Source: Ophelia neglecta
Taxonomy: Eukaryota
Direction of reading: 5' to 3'
Assembly (NCBI GenBank): GCA_965285935.1
Contig: OZ260666.1
Coordinates: 69,316,001-69,380,000 of the forward strand
Length of the DNA: 64,000 nucleotides
The stretch's first letter is position 1. Each line of letters opens with the position of its first letter. The notes below the pieces were generated by a model. That model was given only the letters and a program-made list of their open reading frames with translations, was not told the origin of the DNA and ran no database searches. Of this stretch, positions 62,986-64,000 are shown one piece after another. The translations under genes were made by a program, and so were the position numbers.

Positions 62986-63956
62986 GCCCGACTGCGCTAA
63001 AAGACGGAAAATATAATATTATGACAAGACGAAACTGGTCAAGCCATTCGGGGTTGTTAGGGAATGATCATGATTCATGCCAGGGGTGGGAGGGTGTGTG
63101 TGTGTGTGGGGGGGGGGGGGGGCAGCGGGTTACGACAATTTCGCAAGTCACGATGAAAATATGGTGGCCCCACCCCTTAAATTTCAGGTACAAATTTTGT
63201 GAACCCCCCCTCCCCCCCCCCCCCGTGACCCCATTATCAAACCCAGGTGCACATACTTTACATAGTAAAAAAAAAGCCAATTTGTCCGCAGGAAAATTTT
63301 GGAACGATTCTTATAGTCGCGCCCTGCATTGTTCCAGGTGCCCTTACATCACATAGTAAAAAAAGGCAAAATAGTCCACAGGAAAAGTTTAAAACGAGTT
63401 ATATGGCTTCGTTCACATTGGCTTATACAAACATCATTTTTATTTACAATTTACATTACACTTAAATAGACATATTTGTGGTCTCGCGTTACACTGCCCA
63501 GCACTCGTCGACGGTACACAGACCCATTGTGGGACGTCCGAGGCGAATTCCGAGGGCTCCGGAGGCGGCTGGCACTATCGCAGGGGTGGGTTTAATTATA
63601 ACAAACACCCAAGGCAAGTTTTACAGCAAACCGGTGCCTGGAATATTTTCATAAACAAAGCAGTTAAAACGTCAGAGTTGGTACAAGTGGTTGTTTTTTA
63701 AAGTGCCGTCACACGCCGCCAGGGTTTATTATGGTGTTTTAATCGTCACAATGACCTTGTGACCCCGCCTGACGTAATGAGCGTCAGGGAACATGGCAAT
63801 TTACACTAAATGATAACCCAGCGGCACTCTGTCAAACAATACGCATGCGTGTCTGAAGCGATCTGTAAAATCCTTTTGATTTAGCCAGGGCAATATTCAG
63901 AACATTGAAGAAAAAACAGGTTCCTGCTTCCCCTTTCTCCCTTCATTCATCCGCAG

Positions 63957-64000
63957 GTGTCGCATTATATACCCCCATGAGGTGGCCCGACCCGGCTGGC
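63957..64000 (+). other. Candidate exon start (runs off the window)
   Basis: A long polypyrimidine tract CTTCCCCTTTCTCCCTTCATTCATCCGCAG|G is followed by GC-richer sequence. Two frames are open (CRIIYPHEVARPGW; VALYTPMRWPDPAG with ATG at 63977). Confidence 0.4.

Overview
This is eukaryotic (metazoan, probably marine-invertebrate) genomic DNA that is almost all non-coding and looks intronic or intergenic. It has two assembly gaps and no prokaryotic features. The only solid protein-coding sequence is one apparently intact non-LTR retrotransposon on the minus strand (~40.5-45.4 kb), with an RRM + zinc-knuckle ORF1, an APE endonuclease + RT ORF2 of the CR1/L2 group, and a 3' stem-loop, AATAAA and (TCAA)n tail. 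The rest is a dense patchwork of small non-autonomous DNA transposons: 15 TA-flanked Tc1/mariner/pogo-type MITEs, a CAGTGGCGGAT-ended family, a 9-bp-TSD MULE-like family and a CWG-TSD Harbinger-like family. There are also a probable solo LTR, decayed Penelope, CR1, RTE and L2 fragments, and many mini- and macrosatellites (41, 154, 41, 50, ~41 and 49 bp units). The long ORFs in the tandem arrays are artefacts. Four observations stand out. (1) One TIR family has target-site duplications of different lengths (5, 13, 6, 5 bp). (2) Related TIRs bracket several unrelated tandem arrays, suggesting transposon shells that incubate satellites. (3) The commonest MITE carries a perfect GLI consensus site. 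(4) An RFX X-box with candidate spliced 5' exons suggests much of the window is intron of a host gene. All family assignments are from manual motif reading; no searches were run.
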